From contig MEDY01000166.1 of assembly GCA_001724265.1 (NCBI GenBank), positions 1 to 58,362 of the forward strand: a DNA stretch of 58,362 nt, read 5' to 3'. The notes beneath the pieces were generated by a model. That model worked only from the letters and a program-made list of their open reading frames with translations, was not told the origin of the DNA and made no database searches. The stretch comes from Rhizaria sp. SCN 62-66 (lineage: Eukaryota). Shown piece by piece: positions 58,197 through 58,362 of this stretch. The translations under genes and the position numbers were made by a program. Numbering within the stretch: position 1 is the stretch's first letter; each line of letters starts with the position of its first letter.

Positions 58197-58362
58197 TTAC
58201 TCGTTGCGGGCAGCAACCTTGGCCTTCTTGGCCTTCAGGCGCTCGCGGCGGGCGGCGGCCTCGGCAAGGAGGGCGGCCTCGCGGACCTTCTCGGACTTGA
58301 TGAGGTGGATGTGCTCCATCAGGACCTTCTTGGACTTGAAGACGTTACCCTTGCACTTGGCG
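58197..58362 (-). CDS. RPL19: 60S ribosomal protein L19 (eL19), C-terminal part (5'-truncated by window edge)
   Basis: AKCKGNVFKSKKVLMEHIHLIKSEKVREAALLAEAAARRERLKAKKAKVAARNE followed by TAA matches the eL19 motif KGNVFKNKRxLMEHIH. Confidence 0.9.
   Translation of the reverse strand, partial: AKCKGNVFKSKKVLMEHIHLIKSEKVREAALLAEAAARRERLKAKKAKVAARNE

Overview
Gene-dense eukaryotic (protist-like) nuclear DNA: very GC-rich, Ala/Ser/Gln low-complexity-rich exons separated by AT-rich introns (124-358 nt) and short spacers. I can model 12 genes: a partial giant coiled-coil protein, a DNAJC7-like TPR/J co-chaperone, WDR1/AIP1, a hugely expanded (~4,770 aa) DNA ligase IV, a secreted saposin-like protein, a TSP1/EGF single-pass surface protein, an N-anchored unknown protein, an RRM + Tgs-type cap guanine-N2 methyltransferase + RS/RD-domain protein, a CCX/NCLX-type exchanger, an RNF4-like RING ligase, a large HEAT-like unknown, and the 3' end of RPL19. 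The main finding is an apparent non-standard nuclear genetic code. Four in-frame TAG codons interrupt three otherwise intact genes, two of them in Gln-rich context, while all 11 visible gene ends use TAA (8) or TGA (3). This points to UAG read as an amino acid (probably Gln) with UAA kept as stop. Secondary signals are a near-invariant GTACG 5' splice site, acceptor-like YAG motifs just before many start codons (possible 5'-UTR introns or trans-splicing), and a PTS2 motif on the DNAJC7 homolog. All calls come from manual reading; no database searches were run.
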